64,000 nucleotides of DNA, from assembly GCA_030295235.1 (NCBI GenBank), contig AP026124.1, positions 620,001 through 684,000 on the forward strand. The letters are read 5' to 3'. The DNA is from Fistulifera solaris (Eukaryota). The notes below the pieces were generated by a model, which worked only from the letters and a program-made list of their open reading frames with translations, was not told the origin of the DNA and ran no database searches. The translations under genes and the position numbers were made by a program. Shown one piece after another: positions 61,580 through 64,000 of this stretch (position 1 is its first letter; every line of letters starts with the position of its first letter).

Positions 61580-62852
61580 TTAAACGGTTCGCTGTACTTT
61601 GCGTTTCCAATGATGCTCTTCCTCTTTTTGTTGATTGGCGAGAACTTCGTATTTCATTTGGAATTGGTCTCTAGCGTTCATTGCCCGGGCACGTTCCGCC
61701 AAATGAGGATACTCGTCGTCTAGCTTACACAATAGTTTCCACGCCATGCGCTTTCGTCCCGTTCGAGTCTCAATCCAAACGCGATCAAAGTTGCGAGGAG
61801 AGCAAAAGTTTTGTGTAACGCCCACCGTATCAGTCAAGTTGAGAACAGCACTATCAAAAAAGACCAAAATGAAGCATGAGAATCAACAACACCATATAAT
61901 CAAATGACACAAATCTCGTGTTTGAACACTTACTGCCACCATCCACTGGGAATGAAAACGGTTTCCCCGGAATTCTGTGTAAATTCATAGCAAGCAAAAC
62001 CTCGGTACTCGTCCATGTGCTGACATGCTGCCGCTTTGTGCTTGATTCGATCGAGAATAAAGGTGAAATAATGAACGGCTTCATCATCTTCATTGGACGT
62101 AATCAAGCCTTTTCCTTTCACGATGCGTTTGGGAACATGAGGAGGGAAAAGTACCCACCTCTTTGCCCATGAATTAAAGTATTCCATGCACTGGTTCCCA
62201 AGGGATCGATATGAACGGTTGTTCCCGAACGCTTGGGTCCAACGAGAAACCATCGATACGGCGGGCGTCGGGACTCGGAAACGAACCGAAATAGATCATC
62301 CCGAAAGTACGAAGGGACTTGATAATCGGTTAAAATGCGCTTGGCGTACTTGTCCTCGTCGAAATTGGAATCGAATATATAGAGTGGCGAGTCATCTTTA
62401 TTGTTTCGGAGATACTCCAGAAAATATTTCAATCTGACTTTGACTTTATGGCCATCATCATCCTCCCCGCACTTTAATTTGCGGTTTTGCAACTCTTCAT
62501 CTTTGGTTAATGCTTCCAAATCCCAACTGGCCACCGCAGGCCATGGTTCGGTCCTTTCCGCTGAATCGTAACCTTCCGGAATGCCTTTGATGACGCACGG
62601 AATTTCCTTGGCTTCATAATGTTCGAAGAAATCTTCCTTAGTCAATGTCCGGGCATCGAGAATAGCGGGAATGTCGACCGGGGCATTTTCGTCGGATGGA
62701 ATAAAATGTTCGTATTGTCGGTGTTCATCGGTCAGCGACTCGAGATAGCGGGGAAACTTTTCGGCCATGCCATCCACTTCCCAGTTTCGAAGACTCGGTC
62801 GATGGAGGCGTTTGGCCTCTTCTATTGATTTTTTCCAGTTTTCTGTTGTCAT
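61580..62852 (-). CDS. JMJD6: JmjC-domain protein JMJD6 (lysyl hydroxylase/arginine demethylase)
   Basis: KCGEDDDG, DDSPLYIFD, RPPYRWF..GPKRSGT..HIDPLGTSAWN and PSGWW|HAVLN...TQNF. Intron 61851-61933. Frameshift ~62165. Confidence 0.95.
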
Positions 62853-63453
62853 GAGAGGAGATCTTACTGTACACGTTCGTTGATTAAAAGTTGCTGGCGG
62901 CCCGTCGGCGGATGGTAAGTCGGACAAGGACAAACTGAGCAAAGTAGGGAAAGGAGACTTCCAAAGGTACGGCTCTAGCGAATGAGAAATATCGACACTT
63001 TGTAGTCTCTTTCAAGTGTGATGTCTCAGATGATAAAATACTACAGGGTATGAAATAATGAGGCGAAAGTCCAACAAGGTGATGATGAATGGCAACGATG
63101 AAAATGACTTCGGATTTTCGTTCCTCAATAAATAAACGGCATTCGGCATTCGGCCATCGTCATCGAGGGACGAGGGATAATTTCTCGTCAAGGGATCGGG
63201 CTATTTGCAACAGCCACTCATCAGAAACGTTTTTGACGTCACACTCACATAGCTTATGGCTCTCATCTTGGGCCTTTTTAACGTCGTACCAGGTGCAGAC
63301 GATTGGCCTGAATCTGAAAGGCGTCGGACGAGATTTTTGATTTTTTTTTGTTTTTCGGAAATCTTTTGCGATGAGTTTGCTGCATGCCCCCATCAACTGG
63401 TGTATGGACGCCTTGATTGCATCAATTTGACAAACGAATCGCCTTCATTCAAC

Positions 63454-64000
63454 ATGGTATTAGCACTGATCGGTACTGGAGTGGTATGTTAAGGGAAATC
63501 GGTTCGAAGCGACAACGACTCCTCGCTTCTTTCACTCGCTCATTCGTTTCTTCCGTCTCCCCTTTAGGCACTCGGCATCGTTCATGTTTTGACAGGCCCT
63601 GATCATCTCTCGGCACTCGCGACACTGAGCGCGAATAATGACAGTCATACAGCTTTCTTTCTTGGTGTGCGATGGGGAGTCGGTCACTCTACCGGTCTTC
63701 TAACAGTTGGGGTAGTCTTCATATTAATGTCACTTTCGTCGAATCAAGAAACCATTGAGATTCCCGAAGGCGTTTCACACTTTTTCGAATCCATCGTAGG
63801 AATATTCATGATCTTATTAGGTATTTACGGAATTCGACGTGCGCATCATCGTAAAAAATACGGAATTGTTGTCGGATCGAGATGGGTTAACACGTGTCGC
63901 AATGCAGGAGGACTGGGATGCCTCCGTCATTCGATCACGTGCGGGCGAAGGAGCTGTAGATGACGACGAACAAAACAATCGTGATGAAGACGAACAAAAG
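63454..64000 (+). CDS. Nickel/cobalt transporter-like (NiCoT/UreH/DsbD_2-type) membrane protein, runs off the window end
   Basis: GV|ALGIVHVLTGPDHLSALA and LGVRWGVGHSTG with multiple transmembrane segments. Intron 63484-63567. Frameshift ~63856. An in-frame upstream ATG at 63256 is possible. Confidence 0.8.

Noticed and set aside
2741..63860. Programmed ribosomal frameshifting or mass pseudogenisation as the cause of split ORFs
   Set aside because: The shifts go in both directions, share no slippery motif, sit in homopolymers and are not accompanied by other decay. Assembly error is simpler.
351..63963. Many 60-200 aa antisense or alternate-frame ORFs in the track
   Set aside because: They overlap well-supported genes and have no recognisable motifs, so they are shadow ORFs.

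Overview
Eukaryotic nuclear DNA with dense genes and short GT-AG introns. It is most likely from a pennate diatom: IspH and the cyclophilin carry signal peptide + 'AF' plastid presequences, a glycolytic PGAM has a mitochondrial-type presequence, and there are HSF-family genes (taxon is inference). About 33 protein-coding loci can be reconstructed, including AAC, a CRC+F-box protein, Sec10, CtIP/Sae2 with a truncated tandem paralog, histone H1, PEN-2, OCD, LeuRS, Hpt, AMPK-gamma, PEX2, BCAT, cyclophilin, IspH, p47, Rad21, NDUFA2, FUN14, PGAM and JMJD6. About 20 single-base frameshifts, almost all in homopolymer runs, split ORFs and are most likely assembly errors. Three signals are invisible in the ORF track: (1) a selenoprotein U/PRXL2-type gene with an in-frame TGA at the UxxC site and a SECIS-like hairpin in its 3' UTR, (2) a 3-nt microexon needed to restore the cyclophilin QGGDF motif, and (3) a long, self-complementary first intron in histone H1. 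I saw no tRNA, rRNA, CRISPR or transposase features. All family assignments are by motif recognition, not database search.
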